Virus record (IMG/VR): IMGVR_UViG_3300017914_002840 | Location: 1 to 36,907 of that record | DNA from: a virus | Taxonomy: Duplodnaviria > Caudoviricetes | Length of the DNA stretch: 36,907 nt | Strand: one strand, 5' to 3' | Shown here: piece after piece, positions 26,467 to 35,336 of the stretch | How positions within the stretch are numbered: position 1 is the first letter of the stretch | How the letters are laid out: every line of letters begins with the position of its first letter | Position numbers and translations under genes: made by a program | Notes under the pieces: generated by a model | Databases searched by the model: none | Told to the model about the DNA's origin: nothing | The model's input: only the letters and a program-made list of their open reading frames with translations

Positions 26467-26753
26467 GGTAATGTTTTTATAAACCCTATTCCGTCAATAG
26501 CCAAATATGCAACATACATTACTGTGAAACCAAAACTTCTTCTTGATATAGCCGCACCCATTAGTAGTGTTGTTGCAATTAAGAAAAATATATAAGCCCA
26601 AAACATTGGTGGGTTAGGTGAAAACCACATGAGAATCAACGATGCCATTAAATTAGATATCATTCCAGTAACCTCTGCAATGAATCTTATTTTATTGCTT
26701 TGATAATCTTCTTGAATCCAGTTTACTACTTTTTTTCGACCAGCCCTTGCCAT
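26454..26753 (-). CDS. Small 3-TM membrane protein (similar to 27158..27445)
   Basis: WIQEDYQSNKIRFIAE then three hydrophobic segments. Confidence 0.65.
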   Translation of the reverse strand: MARAGRKKVVNWIQEDYQSNKIRFIAEVTGMISNLMASLILMWFSPNPPMFWAYIFFLIATTLLMGAAISRRSFGFTVMYVAYLAIDGIGFIKTLPWFG

Positions 26754-27161
26754 TTATACTGTTGCTATTTTACTCTGCAAAACTCCTATAAGGTTATAAA
26801 GACCATTACGTCTTTGTGGTGTTACTAATTGTACAAATCCTAATTTTTCTAAACCTTTATCCCAATCAAAATCTTGTGCTTCTTGTTTAGTGCAATCTGT
26901 AAAAATATCACAAACTATTGTTGCAATACCTTTTGGAATCATTGCATCGCTGTCATAATAAATTTTAATTTTATCATCAACTATTCCAACTTCTACCCAT
27001 ATCTTGCTTATGCATCCAGGGATCAATCTGTCATCAGTTCTTAACTGTTCTGGCAATGTAGTCGACTTTCTTGCCAACTCAACAAGGTAACTTAACTTTT
27101 CTGTACCATCGCCAAGAAAAGATAAATCATCTGCCCATTTGTCAAGTTTTTCTTGTATCAT
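26754..27161 (-). CDS. sufE: SufE family cysteine desulfuration protein
   Basis: IPGCISKIW, DSDAMIPKG, TPQRRNGL; start moved to the ATG at 27161. Confidence 0.9.
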   Translation of the reverse strand: MIQEKLDKWADDLSFLGDGTEKLSYLVELARKSTTLPEQLRTDDRLIPGCISKIWVEVGIVDDKIKIYYDSDAMIPKGIATIVCDIFTDCTKQEAQDFDWDKGLEKLGFVQLVTPQRRNGLYNLIGVLQSKIATV

Positions 27162-27445
27162 TTTAAAAACAATTGGTATAATGCAATAATGTTCATTGTT
27201 GAAAACCATGCTGTCAATACCATTACCCATACCGCTTGTCTATAATATGCACCAGCAAAACCGGTTACACTGCCTACAAAATAAAAAGGCACAAATAGAT
27301 CTGGTCTTGGATCTAGCACTGTGTAAGTCAAAATACTGCTACCAATAATAACTGTAATAGCACTAACCATTTCAAGATAAAATGCTAAAGGATGACTTTG
27401 GTAACTAGATTTCCAAAAATTAATTAATTTATTCATTGTTATCAC
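27158..27445 (-). CDS. Small 3-TM membrane protein
   Basis: FWKSSYQSHPLAFYLE then three hydrophobic segments. Confidence 0.65.
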   Translation of the reverse strand: MITMNKLINFWKSSYQSHPLAFYLEMVSAITVIIGSSILTYTVLDPRPDLFVPFYFVGSVTGFAGAYYRQAVWVMVLTAWFSTMNIIALYQLFLK

Positions 27446-27457
27446 AAACCTATTTAG

Positions 27458-27731
27458 TGCAACTTTTCTGTTGCCAGGTAAGTTGCCAACCCCGCCTGCC
27501 TAACTATTAGGCCGCAAGTGCTAGATTTTCATCTGCATTTGTAGTTGTGTTCGCGTTAACCGAGCTTACATCCGGACAACTCCATAACTCTACTAATCTG
27601 CTAGTCGATCCTAGTTCAGGCCCATCATAAACACACCAATTTCCTTCATCTAGGACCATGATGTGTTTATGGTGGACCTGCTGGGTACTGCCCCCAGGTC
27701 CTATACAGTGTTTGAATTACTTCAACATTGT
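27458..27731 (-). ncRNA. ssrA: Circularly permuted two-piece tmRNA (alphaproteobacterial type), tag (A)ADENLALAA
   Basis: Acceptor piece ends CTGGG-GGCAGTA-CCCAG-CAGGTCC-ACCA (3' end 27670); 46-nt self-complementary intervening segment; coding piece starts GGGCCTG (27623), giving a 7-bp acceptor stem with G3:U; tag frame 27536-27507 then TAA TAG; outer ends approximate. Confidence 0.93.
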
Positions 27732-27736
27732 TAAAA

Positions 27737-27767
27737 TATTTATAACACAGGTTTTTAAATTTGTCAA
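27737..27767 (-). promoter_or_regulatory. Overlapping sigma70 and T4-late promoter for tmRNA
   Basis: TTGACA (27767-27762), 17 nt, TGT-TATAAA; the -10 is part of an exact TATAAATA. Confidence 0.75.
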
Positions 27768-27777
27768 GTTGGATTAT

Positions 27778-28713
27778 TTACAATGTGGTTTTTAAATTGT
27801 TAATTGTTTGTGTGGTTGCAATAGCTGACTGAAGCAAATACCTTGCACAAGGATCTTGCATTAATCCTTCAAGCAAACCTGCCAGTGCCGCTTGTTTTAG
27901 TAACTCTAAAAATCTTCCAAGGTTTCTTAAATCTTCTTTGATTATATCAATTAGTAATTTTACCAATCCAATGATTGCCAATGCCATAGCAAGTATTCCA
28001 AGCACTTGTCTTAATTTGCCAAGTATTTCTCCTAACACTTGTCCAGCTTTAAATAAAGCACCTAGCATGTCTTCCATAAATTTACACGGACCACCTGATG
28101 TTGCAGGTATATTCCCTAATGTAGTAGCAAGTGCATTAACACTACTCAAAGCACTTAGGTATGTTCCTAAAGTAGGAACAGCAACGCCACCGGGTGAACC
28201 TGCTGTAGTTGGAATATCAACTCCATAGTTTGGATACAAATTAGTTTTTCCCATTGCTACCCACTGTGCGTTAGGATCAGTATACTCGGTAATACACATA
28301 CCACTCTGTCTATTTTGTAACCAAGTAATATCTTGCATTGCACCTTCAACAAAGTTAATATCATTGATTTCCATATCAGTTAATTTACGATCTGGCTGAC
28401 CTGGTCCAATTAAACTACCAGGTACTATTGCTCGTTGATTATAGTCATTGTGTCCCCAACCATCTGGCAATGCGGCTTTTTGTTGATTAATAATTTGTGC
28501 AATTTCTTTGATTGATTCGTCGTGTGGATTTTTAAATCCAGCATAGGCTTTACAACTTCTGCCCCATGGATCAACATGATCAACAATATTCAATGCACCA
28601 CTGGCAATTAAATTTTTTTGTGTATCAGTTATAGTTATTTGATTTGCAATTATATTAGTTGGAAAATTTAAACTGTCTAATTGTAATCCTGGTATTTGTT
28701 TTCCTGTAGTCAT
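27778..28713 (-). CDS. Hypothetical protein, probably virion/baseplate-associated
   Basis: 311 aa directly after PAAR; hydrophobic helical C-terminus. Confidence 0.5.
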   Translation of the reverse strand: MTTGKQIPGLQLDSLNFPTNIIANQITITDTQKNLIASGALNIVDHVDPWGRSCKAYAGFKNPHDESIKEIAQIINQQKAALPDGWGHNDYNQRAIVPGSLIGPGQPDRKLTDMEINDINFVEGAMQDITWLQNRQSGMCITEYTDPNAQWVAMGKTNLYPNYGVDIPTTAGSPGGVAVPTLGTYLSALSSVNALATTLGNIPATSGGPCKFMEDMLGALFKAGQVLGEILGKLRQVLGILAMALAIIGLVKLLIDIIKEDLRNLGRFLELLKQAALAGLLEGLMQDPCARYLLQSAIATTQTINNLKTTL

Positions 28714-28719
28714 TGTTTA

Positions 28720-28995
28720 TTATCCTGCAAATACATTTGGACTTCCTGTTGCTACTGTACTTCCACATGCAACAGGATCTGATACTCTACCAAGTTGCAA
28801 TCCATTAGCATGAACTGTTCCAGATCCAGCTGACAATGTGCTTCCATGAAGGCAATGAATTGACCAACTGTCTGATTGTCTATGTACTGGTCTACCATTT
28901 GCAAACACGTTTGGACTCCCACCGTTGCTTGGTCTTGGAGGACATGGTCCATGTCCTGTACAATCATCGCCTAATCTTGTTACTGGTTGTGACAT
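28720..28995 (-). CDS. PAAR-repeat baseplate spike tip (T4 gp5.4-like)
   Basis: PVTRLGD, GSPNVFANGRPVHR, GRVSDPVACG, GSPNVFAG. Confidence 0.93.
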   Translation of the reverse strand: MSQPVTRLGDDCTGHGPCPPRPSNGGSPNVFANGRPVHRQSDSWSIHCLHGSTLSAGSGTVHANGLQLGRVSDPVACGSTVATGSPNVFAG

Positions 28996-29021
28996 TTGTT
29001 ATACCTTAATAATGTTATTTA

Positions 29022-29330
29022 TTAAGTTATAATTTGTGATTTTGGTGGCTGTACAATGTTTGATGTACTTTTTGTATATGATTCTTCAGCTTGTTTGTTT
29101 GCTTTAGAAATAGTAATGATATTTGTTTTGTCAAAAACAAATTCACCTTCTTGATCTGCCATGATCATATAAAAAGTCATTCCAATTCCTTGAGGAGTCT
29201 GTGCTAATGCAAGTGGTTTTGAAACTGTTATTTTTTCTGGAGTATCACTTACTATTTTTGCAATTACTTCATCACTGCCTACTGTACGAAATACTACAAT
29301 GTCGTCTTTGCTGTATCTTTGTTCTAACAT
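29022..29330 (-). CDS. Hypothetical protein (small beta-rich phage protein)
   Basis: 102 aa; DIVVFR...EVIAK...KPL pattern. Confidence 0.6.
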   Translation of the reverse strand: MLEQRYSKDDIVVFRTVGSDEVIAKIVSDTPEKITVSKPLALAQTPQGIGMTFYMIMADQEGEFVFDKTNIITISKANKQAEESYTKSTSNIVQPPKSQIIT

Positions 29331-29488
29331 TATTTCCTTTTTCCTGGACGATTTGTTTTAAAATCAAACCGTCCTTTTCTTTTGTTTTTATGTTTTTTCT
29401 TTTTTGTTTCTCTTTTACTGTCTGTTACTATCTTTTGCAGTTTAGCAAAAGAGTCTTCATCCATTCCAGCAAAAATGCCTTTTTTCAT
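29330..29488 (-). CDS. Small basic protein (52 aa), not in the ORF track
   Basis: MKKGIFAGMDEDSFAKLQKIVTDSKRETKKKKHKNKRKGRFDFKTNRPGKRK; fills the gap after nrdB, stop overlaps the next ATG. Confidence 0.55.
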   Translation of the reverse strand: MKKGIFAGMDEDSFAKLQKIVTDSKRETKKKKHKNKRKGRFDFKTNRPGKRK

Positions 29489-29491
29489 AGA

Positions 29492-30592
29492 TTAAAGTTT
29501 AAAACCTTTGAACGTATCTTTTTCTACGTCTTGTTTTACACCACCAACAATATAACTTTCAACTTCAGTTTCTTGCGGTGCTACTTGTAATCCTGCTGAA
29601 CTCAACCAATGTTGTGTCCACGGTAATGGATTCTGTGTAACAGGCTGTTCGAATATTGGATCTAAGCCAATTGCTTTTAATCTTTTGTTAGCAATAAACT
29701 CAACGTATCTTCCCAACAGCAATTCGTTCAATCCAATGATTGTGCCATCTTTCATCAAATGCTTTGCCCATGCTTTTTCTTCTTCAACACATTTTTTAAA
29801 CATTTCATAAACACTGTCTTTTTCTTCTTTGACAATTTTAAGCATGTCTGAATCATCGCCTTGTTGCCAATTTTTAATAACGTGTGTTGACAAAGCCAAA
29901 TGCTGTGATTCATCTCTAGCAATCAATGAAATAATTTTAGCTGAACCTTCCATAAGTTTAAGTTCACCAAATGCAAATGTACAAGCAAACGAAACATAGA
30001 ATCTTAAACCTTCTAAAATATTTACATTTACCATTGCAAGATATAATTGACGTTTGACTTCTTTTATATCTCCTACACCCTTTACAAAGTAATCTTCAGC
30101 CATTTTAGAAAATTTATCATAGTTTTCTGTAACCGATACTGCTCTTTTAATGATTTGTTCATCATCAAGTATAGTATCAAAAACTTCAGCAGGATCAGGA
30201 TATACATTTTTGATAATGTGTGTGTAACTTCTGCTGTGAATAGTTTCAAAAAAGTCCCAAGTAATAACGCAACCTTCTAATTCTGGATTTGATACGTAAG
30301 GTAAGAAAGCCAAACTTGGACCTCTACCTTGTACACTATCCAATAATGTTTGGTATTTTAAATTACTTGTAAAGATATGTTTTTGTTCTTCACGAAAATT
30401 TTGATAATCTGCTCTGTCTTTTTGAAGACTCACTTCTTCGGGTCTCCAAAAATAACCAAGCATTGTTTGATTAAGTTTGTCTAATGCAGGATACTTGAAT
30501 ACATCGTATCTCTGCACATTTTGATCTTCTCCAAAAAACATTGGTTCTTTAGTGAAGTCGATATCGTTTCTGTTAAAAACAGTTTTTGCCAT
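29492..30592 (-). CDS. nrdB: Ribonucleotide reductase class Ia beta subunit
   Basis: FWRPEEV, LDSVQGR, ETIHSRSY, LEGLRFYVSFA, RDESQH, VAPQETE. Confidence 0.97.
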   Translation of the reverse strand: MAKTVFNRNDIDFTKEPMFFGEDQNVQRYDVFKYPALDKLNQTMLGYFWRPEEVSLQKDRADYQNFREEQKHIFTSNLKYQTLLDSVQGRGPSLAFLPYVSNPELEGCVITWDFFETIHSRSYTHIIKNVYPDPAEVFDTILDDEQIIKRAVSVTENYDKFSKMAEDYFVKGVGDIKEVKRQLYLAMVNVNILEGLRFYVSFACTFAFGELKLMEGSAKIISLIARDESQHLALSTHVIKNWQQGDDSDMLKIVKEEKDSVYEMFKKCVEEEKAWAKHLMKDGTIIGLNELLLGRYVEFIANKRLKAIGLDPIFEQPVTQNPLPWTQHWLSSAGLQVAPQETEVESYIVGGVKQDVEKDTFKGFKL

Positions 30593-30607
30593 GTTGTCCC
30601 TCGTTCC

Positions 30608-32953
30608 TTAAATTGTACATGCTTCACAATTAGCATCATCTTCTGTTAATTCAGTTAATATTTTACCTTCTTGTTCAAATGCAGGAAATTCTTCTGCCGC
30701 ATTTTGAATAGGTGGTGCTTCAATTTCAGCTGGATCAGTTTTGAAATCATATGTGTTTTGATAATATGAAGTTTTCCATCCTAGCTTGTATGTAGTAAGA
30801 AGATCTTTAAACATTACACTTGTTGGAATTTCATTGTTTTCATACTGAGTTGGATTATAACTCCAATTTCCTGAAATTGCTTGATCAAAAAACTTCTGCA
30901 TTACTGCTACTACATTAATATAACCTTCGTTTCCTTTCATGTCCCACAACAAAGTGTAGAAGTTTTTCAACTGACTATACTGTGGCACAATCTGTTTCAA
31001 AGGACCTTTTTTACTTTTCTTAATGCTCAAATATGCTCTAGGTGGTTCAATACCATTTGTTGAATTACTAACCACAGAAGAACTTTCTGATGGCATTTGT
31101 GCTGACAGTGTAGAATGTCTCATGCCATGCTCTTTTACTTGAGCTCTTAATTTTTCCCAATTCAAATTGAGTTTTGTTTTACAAATATCGTCAAGGTCTT
31201 TTTTGTAATGATCTATTGGTAATAAACCTTGTGAATATTTTGTTCTTTCAAAATATTCGCATTGTCCTTTTTCTTTAGCAAGTTCAACCGATGCTTGGAT
31301 CAAATAATATTGAAATGCTTCAGTTAACTCGTGTACTATTTTCAATGCACCGTTGTCGCTGTAGTTTACTTGATGCTTTGCTAGATAGTGTGCAAGACCA
31401 ATATAACCAATACCTAGTGAACGTCTTGCCTTTGTGCTAATTTCAGCCGCTTTTACAGGATACTTTTGATAATCAATTATCTCATCTAAAGCTCTAACAC
31501 TTAAATCACATAGTTCTTCTAATTCACTTAGATCTTTTAGTTGTCCAACATTGATTGCACTTAAAATACACAATGCAATTTCTCCATCACCGTCAATATG
31601 TTCAACTGGTGTTGTTGGTAATGTGATTTCTTGACACAAGTTTGACATACTCACTTTGTCTAAAAACGAACTATGAGAATTTGCATGATCAATATTCATA
31701 ATATAAATTCTACCGGTTTCTGCTCTTTCTTTCAAAAGTTCACCAAACAGTTCTTGTGCTGATATTGATTTTTTTGGTATGGATCTTTTACGCTCAAAAG
31801 ACTCATACATCTCATCAAATTCTGGTGTTCCAAATGCTTCATACAAGCCCGGAACATCATGTGGTGAAAAAAGAGTAATGTCTTGGTTATTTAAAAATCT
31901 TTCATAAAAAAGTTTTGATAATTGAATAGAATAATCTAACTTACGCACACGGTTGTCTTCTGTTCCTTTGTTGTTTTTTAACACAAGAATATCCTGAATC
32001 TCTTGATGCCAAATTGGGAAATGAACAGTAGCACTGCCACCACGTACTCCATTTTGTGTACAACATCTCACTGTTGCCTCAAACTTTTTAAGAAACGGAA
32101 TCACACCAGTATGTGCTACTTCGCCGCCTCTAATTTTTGAATTGATTCCTCTAATTCTACTTGCATTAATACCAATTCCGGCTCTTTGTGCAATATATCT
32201 ACCAATTGCCATATCGCTACTGAAAATACTAGGAAGTGTATCGTTTACATCAACAAGAACACAACTTGCAAACTGTCGCATAGGTGTTCTTACCCCAGCC
32301 ATTACCGGTGTAGGAATATTAATCTTAAAGTTAGATACTGCATTATAATATTTTTTAATATATTTCATTCTTGTATCTTTTGGATAATCAGCAAACAGTG
32401 TAGCTGAAATCATCATATACATGTATTGCGGAGTCTCATAAATTTTACCACTGCTTCTGTCTTGTACAAGATATTTGTCAACAATTTGTCTTAATCCAGC
32501 ATAAGTGAAATTAAGATCTCTATCATGTTTAATGTATGAATCTAATTTGTTCCATTCATCATCTGAGTACTTGTCTAAAATAGATTTATCATACACACCA
32601 CGTTCTACATTTGATGCAACTAAAAATCTTAAAGGAGTATGTGCATGTGTTGGTGTGAATTTACCAAATACATGCTTTTGCAAACTAAAAAGCAAGAGTC
32701 TTGATGCCACGTATTGATAGTTAGGTGATTCAAGACTAATTAAATCGTTTGCTGATTTAATTAAAATTTCTTGGATTTCATTTGTAGTCATTCCGTCAGT
32801 AAATTGTAAACCTGAGTTCATTTCAACTTCAGAGGAACTTACTCCGTTTAAGCCTTCACATGCGGCTTCGGTCATTTTTTGTACTTTACTAATATCTAGT
32901 AATTCTCGCTTACCATCTCTTTTGATGATATTTAATTCATTCTTCTTATTCAT
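30608..32953 (-). CDS. nrdA: Ribonucleotide reductase class Ia alpha subunit with ATP cone
   Basis: IIKRDG ATP cone, QFASC, SNLCQEI, LCIL, KTSYY, C-terminal CEAC. Confidence 0.97.
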   Translation of the reverse strand: MNKKNELNIIKRDGKRELLDISKVQKMTEAACEGLNGVSSSEVEMNSGLQFTDGMTTNEIQEILIKSANDLISLESPNYQYVASRLLLFSLQKHVFGKFTPTHAHTPLRFLVASNVERGVYDKSILDKYSDDEWNKLDSYIKHDRDLNFTYAGLRQIVDKYLVQDRSSGKIYETPQYMYMMISATLFADYPKDTRMKYIKKYYNAVSNFKINIPTPVMAGVRTPMRQFASCVLVDVNDTLPSIFSSDMAIGRYIAQRAGIGINASRIRGINSKIRGGEVAHTGVIPFLKKFEATVRCCTQNGVRGGSATVHFPIWHQEIQDILVLKNNKGTEDNRVRKLDYSIQLSKLFYERFLNNQDITLFSPHDVPGLYEAFGTPEFDEMYESFERKRSIPKKSISAQELFGELLKERAETGRIYIMNIDHANSHSSFLDKVSMSNLCQEITLPTTPVEHIDGDGEIALCILSAINVGQLKDLSELEELCDLSVRALDEIIDYQKYPVKAAEISTKARRSLGIGYIGLAHYLAKHQVNYSDNGALKIVHELTEAFQYYLIQASVELAKEKGQCEYFERTKYSQGLLPIDHYKKDLDDICKTKLNLNWEKLRAQVKEHGMRHSTLSAQMPSESSSVVSNSTNGIEPPRAYLSIKKSKKGPLKQIVPQYSQLKNFYTLLWDMKGNEGYINVVAVMQKFFDQAISGNWSYNPTQYENNEIPTSVMFKDLLTTYKLGWKTSYYQNTYDFKTDPAEIEAPPIQNAAEEFPAFEQEGKILTELTEDDANCEACTI

Positions 32954-33064
32954 TTTTCCTCCAAAAACACAGGTAACAACATATATTTACCTTATTTTCT
33001 TACATTTTATGATATCAAGAACCGGTTTGTCAAGTTCTCATTGTAGAAATATTTAAGTTTTTTG

Positions 33065-34291
33065 TTAAGAAGTTAACCAACGCTTTAATACATAAGACAT
33101 AGATGCATTGTTGGTTGTATCTGTGTTTGAATAGTTTAATTTAATGTCTGTTCCAGAAATACTTGGTGTTGAAAATGCAACTGCTGATGTATCATTTGTT
33201 TCAATTCTGTCATCCATATACTCAACATTTGTTCCATCTGATATTACTTTGACAGTTCCAACTGCATACGCAGTACCAATCTTTAAAGAATAATCCACAA
33301 TAATTGTATTTTCTGATGTAACATCGTATGTAAACACTGTTGCTGATGTGTTAGCAGTTAGTGTTGCTTTTATTAGACCGTTTTGTCCAATGTATTGATC
33401 CGTTTCTAAAACTGGTCTTGAGTCTTGTGTAAAGATTTTTATGTTACTTGCAACTGATGTTTGTGATGTACCTAGTGCTTGATTTAAAAATTTAGACAAG
33501 TTTGAAGCTTGTTTTGGCGAATCTGTTTCAACTAATAAAGTGCCAGGTACTGAAATATTACTTGATGCATAGCCTAGTTGAGATATTGTGCCTCTAATAT
33601 TCAAATTAGCATTGTCGTTAGCAGAAGCAATTTCATTTAAACCAGATAGTGTTGTTGCAGATGAAGACTGACTTCCTGCTCCAATATCTGCAAATCCTGT
33701 GCCAGTTGTTAAATCTATATGCAAAGCATTGTTTGATAAATCTTGGTCTGTTTCAATACTTAAACTAGTACCGTTAACGGCTGTAACAATTTCATTTGCT
33801 GTCCACGGTGTTACAACAACTTTTGTATTTGCTTCAGGTATAGATGCTGAAACAAAAGTAACAGTTAGATCACTACCAGCAACTGAAACTGTATAATCTG
33901 AGCTTGGTATTACTGTTGGGTTGTTATTAATATCAAACTTTGTAACTGTGATATCATCAGGATCAACTGGTGTGCTTTTACCAGTTGGCAGTGTTAAAGC
34001 AACATTGCTGTTTAATACAGTTGAACTTGCATTTGTACCATCACCTAAAAAGCTCTGTGTTCCAGCAAGAGTAAACATGACAAGTCTTGTGTTAATTAAA
34101 GATTGCGTTTGTACTTCAGCATTTAAAAAACTGTCTACTTGCACCATACGGTTCTTTGAATCTTGTTCGCCGGCGCCGATAAACAATTCTCTAGTATCTG
34201 TTGCTAAACCAATTTCACCTTCAGCCAAAGGTTGCGGCAGATTTTCTCTGTTACCTCGTCTGTTTTTTAATCTTACATAAGTTGTTGTCAT
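33065..34291 (-). CDS. Probable virion structural protein (tail fibre/baseplate-like)
   Basis: N-terminal RRG...LAEGEIGLATDTRELFIG motif, Thr/Ser-rich beta composition, ACTAAATA upstream. Confidence 0.65.
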   Translation of the reverse strand: MTTTYVRLKNRRGNRENLPQPLAEGEIGLATDTRELFIGAGEQDSKNRMVQVDSFLNAEVQTQSLINTRLVMFTLAGTQSFLGDGTNASSTVLNSNVALTLPTGKSTPVDPDDITVTKFDINNNPTVIPSSDYTVSVAGSDLTVTFVSASIPEANTKVVVTPWTANEIVTAVNGTSLSIETDQDLSNNALHIDLTTGTGFADIGAGSQSSSATTLSGLNEIASANDNANLNIRGTISQLGYASSNISVPGTLLVETDSPKQASNLSKFLNQALGTSQTSVASNIKIFTQDSRPVLETDQYIGQNGLIKATLTANTSATVFTYDVTSENTIIVDYSLKIGTAYAVGTVKVISDGTNVEYMDDRIETNDTSAVAFSTPSISGTDIKLNYSNTDTTNNASMSYVLKRWLTS

Positions 34292-34317
34292 CTTTGTATC
34301 CTAAACTATACTGTTAT

Positions 34318-34992
34318 TTAGTTTGCTTTGTAGTATTGTTCTACTTTATCAAGCCATTGATTTGTATATTTTTGGAATTCTTCACCTTCAACTGTAAATT
34401 CTTGGTATTCTCCAGAGTGAGATACTATAAAAATAAGCCCAGAATCAATGTTAGTACCATATAATTCGTTATGTGCTAGAGCATAAGCGGCACACTGCAT
34501 AAAGTAATCTTCTACCCATTCACGTTTTTTAACTTGTCTTGATGTTTTAAAATCACCAATAACAGGCTTGTTTTTATGAACACAAATCATGTCGGCTGTG
34601 CCAGCATATAACCCAGGAAAACACAAACTCTGTTCAATAGCCCATACTTCATCTACATCCTTCATACCGTTGTCAATTATGATATTGCTCAACTGTTCTG
34701 CTTGTTTGTAAATTAAATTATTACCTGATGGCCTTTCTGAACCTTCAATATAACACTCTAAATGCTTATGTGTTATTGTTCCTAAGTTTGCTGATTCAGT
34801 TACAATACGTTGTGCTTCAGCATTACCAACTCGTTTTTTCCAGTTGTTAATAGCTGTCATATCTTTCATATGTGAAAGTATTGTAGTTACCGAAGGAACA
34901 GCATTTCCATTACTGTCAAGATAATGTCTTTTGCCTTCAATGGTTGTTCGTTTGAGTTCGTGATAATTGAACTTGCTTTTTAATAATGCCAC
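34318..34992 (-). CDS. PD-(D/E)xK exonuclease
   Basis: PSVTTIL, GTITH, E...YAGTAD...IGDFKTS, QCAAYA; GTG start. Confidence 0.9.
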   Translation of the reverse strand: MALLKSKFNYHELKRTTIEGKRHYLDSNGNAVPSVTTILSHMKDMTAINNWKKRVGNAEAQRIVTESANLGTITHKHLECYIEGSERPSGNNLIYKQAEQLSNIIIDNGMKDVDEVWAIEQSLCFPGLYAGTADMICVHKNKPVIGDFKTSRQVKKREWVEDYFMQCAAYALAHNELYGTNIDSGLIFIVSHSGEYQEFTVEGEEFQKYTNQWLDKVEQYYKAN

Positions 34993-35005
34993 AGTTTTTT
35001 ACTTT

Positions 35006-35332
35006 TTACTTTAATGCTTTGTTTAACGACTTACTTGCTAACTTGTCAACAGTCTTCTCATTGTCCATTTTAGCATCATTGCTGTAAGTTGTCAAATTTA
35101 AATTGTTATTAATTTTTATTTCTTTGTCATTTACACTCTGTATTAGTTTAGAGTTTTTTAGTAAATCCTGTAGTGATGATACTGTCACTGTGTGCCCCAT
35201 AGTATCTAGTTCATCAATAAATTCTTGTGTATCAATTGTATCTTTTTTTTGAGCAATAAGACTCATTAAAAGATTTTTTGCATCAATGTTAATTTTAGAA
35301 AAGTAATCTGATGTGATTTCGTTTAGACGCAT
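35006..35332 (-). CDS. Hypothetical protein
   Basis: 108-aa ORF beginning MRLNEI. Confidence 0.65.
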   Translation of the reverse strand: MRLNEITSDYFSKINIDAKNLLMSLIAQKKDTIDTQEFIDELDTMGHTVTVSSLQDLLKNSKLIQSVNDKEIKINNNLNLTTYSNDAKMDNEKTVDKLASKSLNKALK

Positions 35333-35336
35333 TGCA

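Noticed and set aside
15687-28967. Nested minus-strand ORFs 15687..15935, 18125..18307, 25568..25753, 28752..28967
   Set aside because: They lie wholly within better-supported genes in another frame or strand and show no motifs.
28720-28995. Type VI secretion locus
   Set aside because: PAAR stands without vgrG, hcp or tss genes and fits a T4 gp5.4-like baseplate tip.
32970-32995. NrdR box upstream of nrdA (ACAACATATATTTAC)
   Set aside because: Only a partial match to the palindrome, no clear second box, and it overlaps a TAAATA motif that explains it equally well.
34318-34992. Cas4 / CRISPR association
   Set aside because: No four-cysteine Fe-S motif, no other cas genes and no repeat-spacer array seen in the window.
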